Below are positions 16,342 to 26,466 of a DNA stretch of 64,000 nt, one piece after another (position 1 is the stretch's first letter; the number at the start of each line of letters is the position of its first letter). The DNA is from a virus. Lineage: Duplodnaviria; Caudoviricetes. The notes under the pieces are model-generated. The model made no database searches, was not told where the DNA came from, and was given only the letters and a program-made list of their open reading frames with translations. The position numbers and the translations under genes are program-made. The stretch is from the IMG/VR virus record IMGVR_UViG_3300027751_000004, positions 32,001-96,000 of that record; one strand, written 5' to 3'.

Positions 16342-17276
16342 CGTTTAAACTCCACGGATCCCATAACCTCAGTCATACAAGCAACAAGGTTAAGTTCGTG
16401 GTCAGCAACAAACGCATCTTTGTATTGATAGTCTGCTAGGATAATAACAAGTTGAGGGATAGAGTTTGGCTCTACGAAATCATACATCGTGTCGTAGATT
16501 CTACGGAACACAACAGAGGGTTCTACGTCCATATTATTAGCAACCCATGAACGCATAGACTTGAAGTTCTTTTTCTTGAGGTAATCTACAAGAGACTTGA
16601 TATTCTCGTCTTGAAGGTTGATCAATATACCAGCATCAATTGTACCAGATAAAGAATATCTCTGACACTCATTGATTACTCGACGGAAGTCAGGGAAGTG
16701 TTTGTTAACTAGTTCTACAATTACTTTTTGGTCGTAGGTTACTCCCTCACTAGTTAGTATCTCGCACACACGCTTGAACATACCAGCAGCAAGGTTTGGC
16801 TTTTCGTCTTTGGGAATATTGAAATCATAGACCGAACAACGAGAATGTAGTGGTTCAATGATCTTGTTTTTGAAGTTACAGGTTAGGATAAATCTACAGT
16901 TATTGGCAAACTCTTCAATAAACCCACGCAAAGCAGGTTGAGTAGATTGCGCATTCAGATAATCAGCCTCATCTAGGATAACCACTTTGTAACCACCCTG
17001 TAGTGAAACAGTAGAAGCAAAGTGACGAATCTTAGTACGCAGGGTATCAATATTACCGCTTTCAGATCCGTTTATGATTATCCAATCCAACCCCAACTCA
17101 TTACACAATGCTTTAGCGACTGTCGTTTTACCGACACCAGCCGTACCAGTGAAGAGCATATTAGGAAGCTCTCCACCGCTTACGATTTCGCTGAAAGTTT
17201 TGTTGAGTTGAGTTGGTAGGATAGCTTGATCAATTGTAGCTGGGCGGTATTTCTCCACCCAAAGGAAGTCGCTCAT
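16338..17276 (-). CDS. 44: Clamp loader large subunit (gp44-like)
   Basis: LWVEKYRP, GTAGVGKTT, ILDEAD, PLHSRC, FPDFRR. Confidence 0.97.
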   Translation of the reverse strand: MSDFLWVEKYRPATIDQAILPTQLNKTFSEIVSGGELPNMLFTGTAGVGKTTVAKALCNELGLDWIIINGSESGNIDTLRTKIRHFASTVSLQGGYKVVILDEADYLNAQSTQPALRGFIEEFANNCRFILTCNFKNKIIEPLHSRCSVYDFNIPKDEKPNLAAGMFKRVCEILTSEGVTYDQKVIVELVNKHFPDFRRVINECQRYSLSGTIDAGILINLQDENIKSLVDYLKKKNFKSMRSWVANNMDVEPSVVFRRIYDTMYDFVEPNSIPQLVIILADYQYKDAFVADHELNLVACMTEVMGSVEFKR

Positions 17277-17314
17277 GTTACATCTCCATAATAAAATAAT
17301 AAATCAATGGTGCT

Positions 17315-17343
17315 ATTATACTATACTTCAATCAAAAAGTAAA
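17315..17343 (-). promoter_or_regulatory. Sigma70-type early promoter for 44-62-regA
   Basis: TTTACT-N17-TATAAT. Confidence 0.8.
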
Positions 17344-17350
17344 GGTTTAT

Positions 17351-17665
17351 TTATGGCATTTGAATCCCGCCAGCACCTGCTTGAGATCCGCCAGCACCAG
17401 CAAGTACAATACCAGAAACCATTTGACGGTAAGCATCTGAAACTTCTTTGTTAGTTTCAGTTACAAACACGTACTGCTGGAACACAACCTCTTTAGGTTC
17501 TTTAGTACCAGTCATGGCAACTCCAGGAGCAAATCCCATGCCATTCTCATTCTGTACCAACATGCGGGGATCTTTTAAGGTGATTGTTGCTCCAATCTCG
17601 CCTTTAAGTTTACCGATGTATTCTCCTGCTACACATACTATAGTAATAATATCATTTTCTTTCAT
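17351..17665 (-). CDS. Small hypothetical protein (possible Sm-like beta fold)
   Basis: Clean ORF with RBS; GEYIGKL...ITLKDPRML pattern; TATAAATT late-like site at 17690-17697. Confidence 0.6.
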   Translation of the reverse strand: MKENDIITIVCVAGEYIGKLKGEIGATITLKDPRMLVQNENGMGFAPGVAMTGTKEPKEVVFQQYVFVTETNKEVSDAYRQMVSGIVLAGAGGSQAGAGGIQMP

Positions 17666-17710
17666 TTCAATTTCCTGTTAGTTTATTTTAATTTATATAA
17701 AAGCTGTTTG

Positions 17711-20700
17711 CTATGTATTTCCATATTCCGCAACAACAACTTCTATATATGCTGTTTCCGGATCTACCGATGAATCAGTCCCAGAATATACTATATAGTA
17801 AGTTCCTGGGGTAGTAAATTGAGTGTCCCAGCGTAACATCCCAGTTTTCGAGACTGGGTATTCATCTTCATCATAGCTATAATGTCCTGATTCGATAAAG
17901 TTTGACTTATATATTCGGTGACCATAATCTGTGTGGCTTGACATGACTGTCCCTTTGACATAATTATCACCAGCATCAGGATACGCCATACCTATCCCTA
18001 ATGGGTTAGCATCCACATCATCCATATCTATATCGCCACCTGTTTTACTACTTTTCACAATTAGAAAATCTGTAGATGAGATTTCTGAGTTATCATAATT
18101 ATCTATCAGCCAATTTTTCTGGGCGGTATCGGGTAACTCATTAGGTAATTCAGGCATATACGATAAATTTAGCACGGCTCCAACTTCCACATAAATTTGA
18201 GTTCTTGCAGCCTGTCCAGCTGCTGTATTACCGCCTTTTGCATCGGAATAAGAAAAGTTGGGTACTCCATTATTAGCATCCCGATATTTTCGGGATCTTG
18301 CAACAAGGGTATCGTCTTCCAACCTCTGTATATAGAAGCTGTAAACATTTGGGTATGTAATTAATCCTTGGAATTTTGTTCTAAAGAATATTTCGTCTAT
18401 TATATGATTCTGAGACAAGCTGAGCAAACCTGCTCCAGAATCGTCAACAGGTTGAACTCCATGTATTCTTAGTGAATGCACCCTTTCAAATTTAGAGGCT
18501 GCTCCAATTTCCAGATTATCTAACTCTGTTCTTTTACCATCATATCCCCAATGGTTTGAACCAACATCACTATTCCAATTACCCGTGTCACTAGGATAAT
18601 TATATGCGAACCTAGTGACGATTTTTCCAGCTACTTGAGCACCAATTTGGTTACCAATTCTTATAGGTGTTACATAGGGTGACCTAGAACCATACTTATC
18701 TTTATTTCCGAATCCTTCCCGATCGACATCTGTCAAGAATTTCACCGAAGATAAGTGAACCTCACCATCAGCATCTTCATGCCTATTCGGGTTAGTTCCA
18801 TCTGAAACTGACTGGCTACTGTTATTATAATCGAATGGACCAGAATCCCCTTTATTGTCACCCCTAAAGTCTTGATTCAAAGACTTAAACCCATGAATTG
18901 TTGTTAAGTCATCTAGTATAGTAACGTCAGGGATATAGGTTGTTTCACTGGTAGGTTCTTCGGTTAATGATTCTCTACCCACGATTTCACTATTAACCAA
19001 TTCAACATTTATTCCTGTGACTTCGTAAAAACCATACAAATTGTAATTAGCTTCGCTAGGACCAGCACTTGTGTCAGTGAATAATAATGTTTCGCTATAA
19101 CCTTCAGCTGGTATATCAATTACTGTAAAACCAGCCTGCCCGATATCTTGAGACGCTATTCTAACAAACGCATCTAGGCTTGAATCTAGATCACCGTTAG
19201 GATCCCTAAATCTGACATGAATATCAGTATTTGTTGGATAGAAGAAATTTCTGCCGTTAGGCGAAATAGAAGTTCCCGTCCAATCAACAGCACCAAACTG
19301 AATTTGTTTTCTTTTTCCATCAGTAGATCTGAATCTCAACCCACGAGTACCATCCACTTTATAATGCACTTCAGGGGCAATCCCTTGCTGAACAAAACTA
19401 GCGGTGGCGGAGGGGTTTAATGTACCAAGAAAAAGATTCCTGGCAAGACTATTCCCTCTTAAGTGAGAAGGGATTTCGTTTTGTCCTTGTACTGTAAAAG
19501 TCGTAGCACCATCGGCTAATCGATCATGAGTTGCCTGATATGTAGGGTCTGCGTCAGGATAATCTTCAAATCTTAAGGATACATCTGTATGTATTGGCTC
19601 TCCGTGAAATTCGGCAATTTCGCTGAATGTAACATCTGGTTCTTTCCCAAGGCTCATCCTATTGTCTATAAGTTCTTTGCCGTCAAGTAAGCTATTGTCT
19701 CGGGCGTACTTATCAAATAACATTTCATTTCTTGGGTATTCTGAATGATCTTGTAGAGTAATCGAGAACATTCGCCAATCCTGATCTGCGATATCCCCAT
19801 TACCTCCAGGATCTCTTGCAGGTTTAAATCTGGATACTAATCTTTCAATACGTTTTCCGTTGTTATCTAGAACAGACTCAGTTCCTTTTAGTAAGAAATC
19901 GTTATCTTCCCTAAGTTCGTTAAAAACTGTCCTACAATAAGTACCATCTGGGTACTCAAAATTCATTAGGCTACCGCCATTACTAACATATAATTCGTAA
20001 ATCGGGCAATCGTCGTCTAAAGGATCTTTATCAACGCAAACTACCCTAAATGTGTAGCCTAAGTCTACAAAATCTCCATATGGTTGATCTGTGTCCATCA
20101 AGTTGTCGACCCCGATGCCCTCAACGTCTTTGGCTTCTGCAAGCTGACCTTGATGCGCACCAGATGCTTCATATGGCAATAAGCTAGAAGAAAACACTGT
20201 ACCTGGATAGTTATTGTCCTGAGCCCAATGGTCTCGGTGTCTCCAAAAACCTTCATGATCTATATGTCTACTATCAAAACCGTAACCGCTGAAGTATGGT
20301 AGTTTCCTAGAGGGAAACCCATATGGGCTAAAGAACTCAGTTTCAAACATTACAGGGATATCTTTGTAAGCCTTAAATTTACTTTGTGCTCCAGGAGTCT
20401 TAATTGGTTGATAAACTGAATTTGCAGAAGAACCCCCTGTCGGGGCGTTATTCGCATAGCTTACAGAACTTTTAGTTTCTACTTGTGAGCCAAAATGTAT
20501 GACATGGGGGGCTAGGTCATCCCTTTCTCTATTATTAACTGCAAAAAAGGTTTGTGGATGAAGAGGCGGTCTATACCGTTGAATATCCCATTTGAAAGAT
20601 AAAGCCAACATTGTATTGGCGTATCTAGATACTGGTCTATATCTAGATGGATAATGTTTGTGGAAGATTGAATGGGCGTCGCAACCTATAGAGATATCAG

Positions 20701-23080
20701 ATAGATAGTGATCAAAGGTTCCGCTTCTCCAGTAATGTGTAGTGCCACCATTTTCTAATTGCTCCCTCAGGTCTTTTTCGTTTTCGTTGGGAGCAATGTC
20801 ATAGATATGTTCTACCATAGGATTGAGAGCAACATGAGAACCCTGAGATGGCCAATATATAGTATCAGTATTAATACCTTTGGCTCTTATAATTTTTAAA
20901 CCAAGATCTTCTGCGGAGTTTTTGCCTCTGTCGTTGTCATAGTCAATTGTTTTTCTAGGATACTTCTGGCCAATGTCAATCAGATCATCTAAGTATGCGC
21001 CACCGCCAGCAGTGTCAAAGGTGCTTCCGGTTGTTGAAGACATTTCTCCAAATCTTATTGTGGGAGTTGTTTGTAAACCACTAACGAAAGGCATTGTCTC
21101 TGGTTCTACATTATAGGTTGATTCTGACAGGAGTGGGTCGGATCCCACACCATCAGAATCGGAAGTGTCAGTTTCTGTAAATAGTTTTACTGAACTTAAC
21201 CCATTGTCGCTACCATAATCGCTTTCTTCCGAGGTCAACTCATAAAGATCTCCGCCAATAGTGAAATTACTGAGCCTATTCATCGTGCTTACTTCAGTCT
21301 GAATATCGCTCGCTACTGCCCCTATCGTACAGTAAGAACCGCTATGGAATTGGTCGTTCAAAGAGATAACCTTAGCATCATCTGGAACGGTACAATAATC
21401 ATCTGGAGTTTCAGGTGCATCGACAGAACTTGGAGTGTCGGCATCAGCATAAGATTTTATGATAACTTGGTCATCATCGCCATTTACACCCACAAGGAAG
21501 TACAATGACGCTTCCAACGCTGGCGGTGCTCCAATACCACCAGGAATCGACGTAGATGAACCTGTCCTATTAGTTGTTTGGATGTTAATATATGGGTCTC
21601 CAAGAGAAAAAACATTATCTCTAGAATTATTGTTAAGTACACTTTCGGGGACATTACCCCAATAAGCTATAATAACCCCTGTACCTACATCTCTATCTGA
21701 AGCATAAACCACTTGTTTATTTGGCAAAGAGAAAGGGTTGGCTGTATTTTCACTTGAAATTATTTGAGGGACGCCATAATTACTTTCGAAATCATCAACA
21801 AAGCGTCGAGCTACGCTAACTTGACTGAAGTCAGCTTTTAGGATAAATACTGCAGTAGTGTGACCAACGTCCCCAGAATAATCTAAACCTGATTTATAAA
21901 CGTCCAAAGGTTGCATATTAATATGCGCTCCACCATAAATCGGCGTGCGCCAATTGAAAACTTTTCTGACTTCCCCTTGCTTCATCCCCGCATCGGTAAA
22001 TCTTTCAACCCTAACTTTTTTTGCGTCACTATCAGAAAGCAATTTGTGCTCCACCTTTGTAACGCCAGCTAACATAAACCCTTTTATGTCACTAGAAGTT
22101 TCGTTCCTTTCTGGTTGATGTGGATATTCATATCTTGGGAAAGTAGTCCCTCCCAAATATTCATACCTAAGTTGGCTAATTTGAATATATGTCTTACTCG
22201 CCTCCTTCCAAGATCCATCTGCAGGGATTGTAAAGTATGCTGGATCTCCATCCGCCTCCAAAAACTCTCCACCATCGTGAAAAGCAGGACCACCCCAAGT
22301 GAAAGTATGGATATTATTTACATCAGTTGCTCTAATTTCATCGTATCTATCCGCATCTTTAGTACCAGTCCTAAGTGATGGCGGTATGGTAGTTAAATCT
22401 TCATGAGCGTACAAGAATGGAAATTTAACACCCATCATGTTTACGGTGTTGCCATTGGATCTAGCGTCAGCGTAAGGGAATGTGGTAAAATCATCAGAAG
22501 AGTCTGTGTAAAACGTGATTTCTCCTACACGAGACCTTAGATAAAGGGATACATAAACAGCGTTATTTTCTTTGGTTATTCTGATTTCCGATTCTAAACC
22601 AAAATGTTCGAACAAGTAGTCAAATTCGTTATTATGCCCAAAATGGTTAGTACATATACCATTTCTATCTTTTGATATATGGTATGTTCTGATTCTAGTT
22701 TCTGGGTCGTATTCTGTATTTTCTTGCCATCTGTTTGGGTTCTCTTGCGACAGTTGGCTAGCGAATGGTTTCATCCGCTTCATAGTAATCCCATCAGAAT
22801 CAGATCTGACAGGAGTGTACGGTTGATGTATCCAATTGGTTAAATCACCTGCGGGGTTATTAAAGTAGATAGCATCAGTGAACCCTAATCGTGAGAAAAC
22901 ATCGTCTGCTAGATCATTGCCTTTATAAAATATAGGTTTGGGGTCATATAACCCAGTGCCGATTTTAGTTTGAGAGTATGAATTAAGGGATACTGATGAC
23001 GTTACATTGTTAAAGTTATCTCTAACTTCGGATAACTTTATAGGTGTACCAGCATTTTTCCCGCCTACTTTATTACTCAT
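17711..23080 (-). CDS. 1789-aa hypothetical protein, probable virion adhesin/structural protein
   Basis: Long ORF rich in D/G/S/T/Y; N-terminal PIKLSEVRDNF...VSLNSY resembles fibre-attachment motifs; late promoter upstream. Confidence 0.6.
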   Translation of the reverse strand: MSNKVGGKNAGTPIKLSEVRDNFNNVTSSVSLNSYSQTKIGTGLYDPKPIFYKGNDLADDVFSRLGFTDAIYFNNPAGDLTNWIHQPYTPVRSDSDGITMKRMKPFASQLSQENPNRWQENTEYDPETRIRTYHISKDRNGICTNHFGHNNEFDYLFEHFGLESEIRITKENNAVYVSLYLRSRVGEITFYTDSSDDFTTFPYADARSNGNTVNMMGVKFPFLYAHEDLTTIPPSLRTGTKDADRYDEIRATDVNNIHTFTWGGPAFHDGGEFLEADGDPAYFTIPADGSWKEASKTYIQISQLRYEYLGGTTFPRYEYPHQPERNETSSDIKGFMLAGVTKVEHKLLSDSDAKKVRVERFTDAGMKQGEVRKVFNWRTPIYGGAHINMQPLDVYKSGLDYSGDVGHTTAVFILKADFSQVSVARRFVDDFESNYGVPQIISSENTANPFSLPNKQVVYASDRDVGTGVIIAYWGNVPESVLNNNSRDNVFSLGDPYINIQTTNRTGSSTSIPGGIGAPPALEASLYFLVGVNGDDDQVIIKSYADADTPSSVDAPETPDDYCTVPDDAKVISLNDQFHSGSYCTIGAVASDIQTEVSTMNRLSNFTIGGDLYELTSEESDYGSDNGLSSVKLFTETDTSDSDGVGSDPLLSESTYNVEPETMPFVSGLQTTPTIRFGEMSSTTGSTFDTAGGGAYLDDLIDIGQKYPRKTIDYDNDRGKNSAEDLGLKIIRAKGINTDTIYWPSQGSHVALNPMVEHIYDIAPNENEKDLREQLENGGTTHYWRSGTFDHYLSDISIGCDAHSIFHKHYPSRYRPVSRYANTMLALSFKWDIQRYRPPLHPQTFFAVNNRERDDLAPHVIHFGSQVETKSSVSYANNAPTGGSSANSVYQPIKTPGAQSKFKAYKDIPVMFETEFFSPYGFPSRKLPYFSGYGFDSRHIDHEGFWRHRDHWAQDNNYPGTVFSSSLLPYEASGAHQGQLAEAKDVEGIGVDNLMDTDQPYGDFVDLGYTFRVVCVDKDPLDDDCPIYELYVSNGGSLMNFEYPDGTYCRTVFNELREDNDFLLKGTESVLDNNGKRIERLVSRFKPARDPGGNGDIADQDWRMFSITLQDHSEYPRNEMLFDKYARDNSLLDGKELIDNRMSLGKEPDVTFSEIAEFHGEPIHTDVSLRFEDYPDADPTYQATHDRLADGATTFTVQGQNEIPSHLRGNSLARNLFLGTLNPSATASFVQQGIAPEVHYKVDGTRGLRFRSTDGKRKQIQFGAVDWTGTSISPNGRNFFYPTNTDIHVRFRDPNGDLDSSLDAFVRIASQDIGQAGFTVIDIPAEGYSETLLFTDTSAGPSEANYNLYGFYEVTGINVELVNSEIVGRESLTEEPTSETTYIPDVTILDDLTTIHGFKSLNQDFRGDNKGDSGPFDYNNSSQSVSDGTNPNRHEDADGEVHLSSVKFLTDVDREGFGNKDKYGSRSPYVTPIRIGNQIGAQVAGKIVTRFAYNYPSDTGNWNSDVGSNHWGYDGKRTELDNLEIGAASKFERVHSLRIHGVQPVDDSGAGLLSLSQNHIIDEIFFRTKFQGLITYPNVYSFYIQRLEDDTLVARSRKYRDANNGVPNFSYSDAKGGNTAAGQAARTQIYVEVGAVLNLSYMPELPNELPDTAQKNWLIDNYDNSEISSTDFLIVKSSKTGGDIDMDDVDANPLGIGMAYPDAGDNYVKGTVMSSHTDYGHRIYKSNFIESGHYSYDEDEYPVSKTGMLRWDTQFTTPGTYYIVYSGTDSSVDPETAYIEVVVAEYGNT

Positions 23081-23118
23081 TTAGATTTCGCCCTGATTGA
23101 TGATAAGGATGTTACCAT

Positions 23119-23126
23119 TATTTATA
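23119..23126 (-). promoter_or_regulatory. T4-type late promoter for the 1789-aa gene
   Basis: TATAAATA. Confidence 0.75.
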
Positions 23127-23154
23127 TGTTTAAACATTCCCGAATATGATATTT

Positions 23155-23183
23155 ATTATACCCTATTTACAGTTATAAGTCAA
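23155..23183 (-). promoter_or_regulatory. Sigma70-type promoter facing the 1789-aa gene
   Basis: TTGACT-N17-TATAAT. Confidence 0.7.
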
Positions 23184-23189
23184 GTTTAT

Positions 23190-23197
23190 TATAAATA
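23190..23197 (+). promoter_or_regulatory. T4-type late promoter for the plus-strand gene
   Basis: TATAAATA 24 nt before the ATG at 23222. Confidence 0.75.
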
Positions 23198-23221
23198 GTA
23201 TTAGACAATTTGGAGAAATTC

Positions 23222-24010
23222 ATGGCACAATATAGCAGAAGAGCACAACAGTATTTAAGCAACGGCACAACTAATTTTGAAGTTAACATGCTTGCTGATC
23301 AAGACGGCAACATCATTAACTCGTTTGGTGCTGCCTCTAATATTCCCATTGCTTCTGGTGCCGTAACTGGTCATAGCCATATTAATAAGTTTGGTTATAG
23401 TGACTCTATTGCAAGCCTTTCTACTATCTGGGACGGATCAAACATCTACAGTTACTCAACTTCAGCAGGTGCAGTAACAGTAACATCTTCGTCAACAGAT
23501 GATGCTGGTGCGGTAATTGAAGTTCAAGGTCTCGACTCAAGTTATCATTTGGTAACTCAGGATATCGTTTTAGGTGCAACTGGTGCGACTAATCTTATTA
23601 GAGTATTCAGAGCAAGACTTAAAACGCCAGCATCTGACGAAACAACCAACATCGGTATTATCTCGGTAAGCATTGGTGGTGATTTAAGAGCGAAGATCCT
23701 AGCAGGTAAAGGTCAAACATTGATGGCTGTGTATACTATTCCTGCTGGTAAGACGGGATACTTATTAAACCTTACAACATCAGTCGATAAAGCTACAGCT
23801 GTCACTTATAGACTAACTGTAAGAGAGATAGACGATGGAGGGTTTCAAATTAAAGGGCAATTTGGTACTTTTGGAACTCCATTAGATCACAGTTATCCAA
23901 TACCATTGGTGTTTACAGAAAAGACTGATATAGAAATTCAAGCAGAGGCTGGCAATTCTTGTGGCGGTGGTGCTACTTTCGATCTGATACTCGTCGACAA
24001 TCCAGCCTAA
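23222..24010 (+). CDS. Hypothetical late protein (probably structural); the only convincing plus-strand gene
   Basis: GGAG RBS, own late promoter, beta-rich sequence (HINKFGY, GQTLMAVYTIPAGKTGYL). Confidence 0.75.
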   Translation: MAQYSRRAQQYLSNGTTNFEVNMLADQDGNIINSFGAASNIPIASGAVTGHSHINKFGYSDSIASLSTIWDGSNIYSYSTSAGAVTVTSSSTDDAGAVIEVQGLDSSYHLVTQDIVLGATGATNLIRVFRARLKTPASDETTNIGIISVSIGGDLRAKILAGKGQTLMAVYTIPAGKTGYLLNLTTSVDKATAVTYRLTVREIDDGGFQIKGQFGTFGTPLDHSYPIPLVFTEKTDIEIQAEAGNSCGGGATFDLILVDNPA

Positions 24011-24205
24011 TTAGGGTCTTTGATCCCAAGGTTCTCTTTCACGGACTTCTTTTTCTGCGCTTTCTTCAGTTACTTCTGCGCAATCATCTACCGCACTGGG
24101 TAAGTCTTTTTTACCAAAGATAGCATCCCAGTTATCGTCAAATTTATTTTGGTCTGCAGCCTTGCGCTGTTTGCTACCTTTACCGCCCTGCCATTGTCCG
24201 CTCAT
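24011..24205 (-). CDS. Small hypothetical protein
   Basis: GGKGSKQR...FDDNWDAIFGK; coupled to the upstream stop. Confidence 0.7.
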   Translation of the reverse strand: MSGQWQGGKGSKQRKAADQNKFDDNWDAIFGKKDLPSAVDDCAEVTEESAEKEVREREPWDQRP

Positions 24206-24426
24206 TTAAGTATACCTGTTAAAAGTGTTAAAGTCATGACTGTATTTAGCATAATCAACGCACGATCTTTCCACGCAAGACTGACAGTCAACCAGCCAAT
24301 AGAACCGATTAAAGAGAAATATAAGTCAAACAAATGGTATTGCTCGCCTGCGCTTCTGAAAGCAACTGCTAATAGTATTGCAATCGATGCAGACCACTTT
24401 ATCAACCATATGGTTCTGTCACTCAC
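24202..24426 (-). CDS. Small 3-TM membrane protein
   Basis: Hydrophobic segments; W.IKW...WKDRALIMLN. Confidence 0.7.
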   Translation of the reverse strand: MSDRTIWLIKWSASIAILLAVAFRSAGEQYHLFDLYFSLIGSIGWLTVSLAWKDRALIMLNTVMTLTLLTGILK

Positions 24427-24527
24427 AAGTAGTGATTCCAGATATAAGAGATAATCTCAAATAAACCCATGGTTAAAACCAAACTTCCTGCAGCTAAACC
24501 TAAGCCATACATCATATCAATAAACAT
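24423..24527 (-). CDS. 34-aa hydrophobic peptide (below cutoff)
   Basis: MFIDMMYGLGLAAGSLVLTMGLFEIISYIWNHYL fills the gap exactly; its TGA overlaps the next GTG start. Confidence 0.55.
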   Translation of the reverse strand: MFIDMMYGLGLAAGSLVLTMGLFEIISYIWNHYL

Positions 24528-24528
24528 A

Positions 24529-24765
24529 TTAGTCATCCCGTATCATCAAATTTGGTGGTCTTTCATCTTCCATCCATTCTTCATGGAGAGTATACCACTC
24601 AAGAGCCAGTGTTTTCTTTGGGAACTTGGGGCTGACTATCACGCCTTTAGAGTTCTTCCAAAAGTATTCATCCCAACCATTTTCGCTTGTTATATTAAGT
24701 TCCACAGTTCTTCCTTTAAAACTTTGGTGCGTATTTGTGATAGAGTTTTGTAGATTCGTTAACAA
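24529..24765 (-). CDS. Small hypothetical protein (start uncertain)
   Basis: Tiles between neighbouring genes on the coding strand. Confidence 0.5.
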   Translation of the reverse strand: MLTNLQNSITNTHQSFKGRTVELNITSENGWDEYFWKNSKGVIVSPKFPKKTLALEWYTLHEEWMEDERPPNLMIRDD

Positions 24766-24919
24766 GACCTTCTTTTTTACAAGCGTTCATCTTATCTTGA
24801 ATACCATAACTCTCATCACGACCTTTTATAAATGCTCTGTGGTCGTCGCTCATTGAATAGAACCAATCATGATCGACCAGCATAGTTTCTAACTCTTTCA
24901 ATATTTCAACTTTGTTCAT
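24716..24919 (-). CDS. Small hypothetical protein
   Basis: Start MNKVEIL with GGAG RBS; HDWFYSMSDD motif. Confidence 0.65.
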   Translation of the reverse strand: MNKVEILKELETMLVDHDWFYSMSDDHRAFIKGRDESYGIQDKMNACKKEGLVNESTKLYHKYAPKF

Positions 24920-25346
24920 ATTTCTCCACCTCAATGCCACATTGATGTAAAAACTCAATACCTTGATTAGTCCTGTAATCATTCTTATATATTACTTTCT
25001 TAATCCCAGATTGATAGATCAACTTGGCGCATTCTATACAAGGAGAATGAGTGATGAATATATCAGCACCCTCTCCGCTTTCTGACGACTTAGCAAGTTT
25101 TGTTATTGCGTTTGCTTCTGCGTGTAACACTTCTGGTTTTGTTTGTAAAAACTGAATGTCGCCATTTGGCCATTTAATTTCTTCTTCACAGGTATTATCC
25201 CAACCAGATGGCATACCATTATAGCCAATGGAGATGATGCGATCATCTTTTACGACAATCGCACCAACTTGTAGCTTTTTAGCTGTACTGAGTTTTGAGA
25301 ACCTTTCGGCTACGTCAATATATGCGGATACGAACTTATCCTTCAT
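24906..25346 (-). CDS. cd: dCMP deaminase
   Basis: VGAIVV, GYNG, HAEANA, PCIEC zinc motifs. Confidence 0.95.
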   Translation of the reverse strand: MKDKFVSAYIDVAERFSKLSTAKKLQVGAIVVKDDRIISIGYNGMPSGWDNTCEEEIKWPNGDIQFLQTKPEVLHAEANAITKLAKSSESGEGADIFITHSPCIECAKLIYQSGIKKVIYKNDYRTNQGIEFLHQCGIEVEKYEQS

Positions 25347-26202
25347 CCAATAATTGCCCGAGCGTGGAAGGTCCAGCTATACCGTCAGCATCTAATCCAT
25401 TTTTGTCTTGCCATTCCTTGAGTACAATCTCAGTACCAGCACCGAAGATACCATCAGCGCCAATACCTAATGCTTCTTGCATTAGCTTAACACCATCGCC
25501 ACGTGATCCTTTACGCAATACACCGATATCTTCTAGGTCGATATCACCTTCATCTTCTTCGTGATCTTGAGAGTCGCAAGACTCTACACCCAAAGCATGA
25601 AGTGCTTCTTCCCAGTGATGTATTCTATCTTCAAGACCGATATAACCGCCATTGATTCGACGAGTTAGTTTCTTCATGTCTTGAGTGTCAGAATACTTAT
25701 TAAGATTATTTTCATTCCAAAACCAAATTGCAGCTAGGATACCATAATTTGGATCTTCACTTAGTAGGTCTGGATTGTCAATAACTTCAGGGCAATCCAT
25801 ATCTTCTGCAAACGCAAGGTAGTTGTTTTTACCAGTTAGCTGAATTGGTCCACGACCACGATAGTTCCATCCATCACCCGACTCAGTCGGTCCATTACCC
25901 ATACGGTTTGCATAAACTACATTAGCAATCGCTTCAGGGTTTCTAGCATACTCTTCAGCATCATGATCACCACGTGCGAAGTATTTACCAAAAACAGCAT
26001 CCAATGCCTTTGCCGAATAGTTTAAGTTTTCGCTGAATACTCGCCAGCCACCAGACTCATGCCCACATTGTGCTAGGAATGCCGCAATACGATATGGTGT
26101 ATTAATCTCGTATTTCGGAAACAACTCACGCATGGCATCACACCATGCGGAAGCATCACTACACCTTGGGAATAACTCTTTAAATTGAGAATCGCTTATC
26201 AT
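25336..26202 (-). CDS. Endolysin: GH19 chitinase-like domain plus C-terminal peptidoglycan-binding domain
   Basis: AAFLAQCGHES, YRGRGPIQLTGKNNY, TRRINGG; LRKGSRG...ADGIFG...DGIAGPST. Confidence 0.92.
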   Translation of the reverse strand: MISDSQFKELFPRCSDASAWCDAMRELFPKYEINTPYRIAAFLAQCGHESGGWRVFSENLNYSAKALDAVFGKYFARGDHDAEEYARNPEAIANVVYANRMGNGPTESGDGWNYRGRGPIQLTGKNNYLAFAEDMDCPEVIDNPDLLSEDPNYGILAAIWFWNENNLNKYSDTQDMKKLTRRINGGYIGLEDRIHHWEEALHALGVESCDSQDHEEDEGDIDLEDIGVLRKGSRGDGVKLMQEALGIGADGIFGAGTEIVLKEWQDKNGLDADGIAGPSTLGQLLDEG

Positions 26203-26205
26203 TTA

Positions 26206-26466
26206 TTACTCCTTGATGATATTAGCAATATGAGTTTCAAATTGCTCGACCTTATCAACACGGTTCGGCCAATAAATGTAATCCTTTTCTGGATTCATTT
26301 TTAGGTTAGTTAAAAGTGGTAGAACAGCATTGTATAGTCTATTCAACCTGTCCTCTAATCCTGACGCAGTATCTGTAGTAGCACTGATAACTGACTGTGC
26401 TTCACGGACTGCGTCTAATTCACTCTCATCTACAGCCGTGAAGCCAAAATCGAAAATATCACTCAT
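26206..26466 (-). CDS. Conserved hypothetical protein
   Basis: FDFGFTAVDE...PLLTNLKMNPEKDYIYWPNR. Confidence 0.75.
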   Translation of the reverse strand: MSDIFDFGFTAVDESELDAVREAQSVISATTDTASGLEDRLNRLYNAVLPLLTNLKMNPEKDYIYWPNRVDKVEQFETHIANIIKE

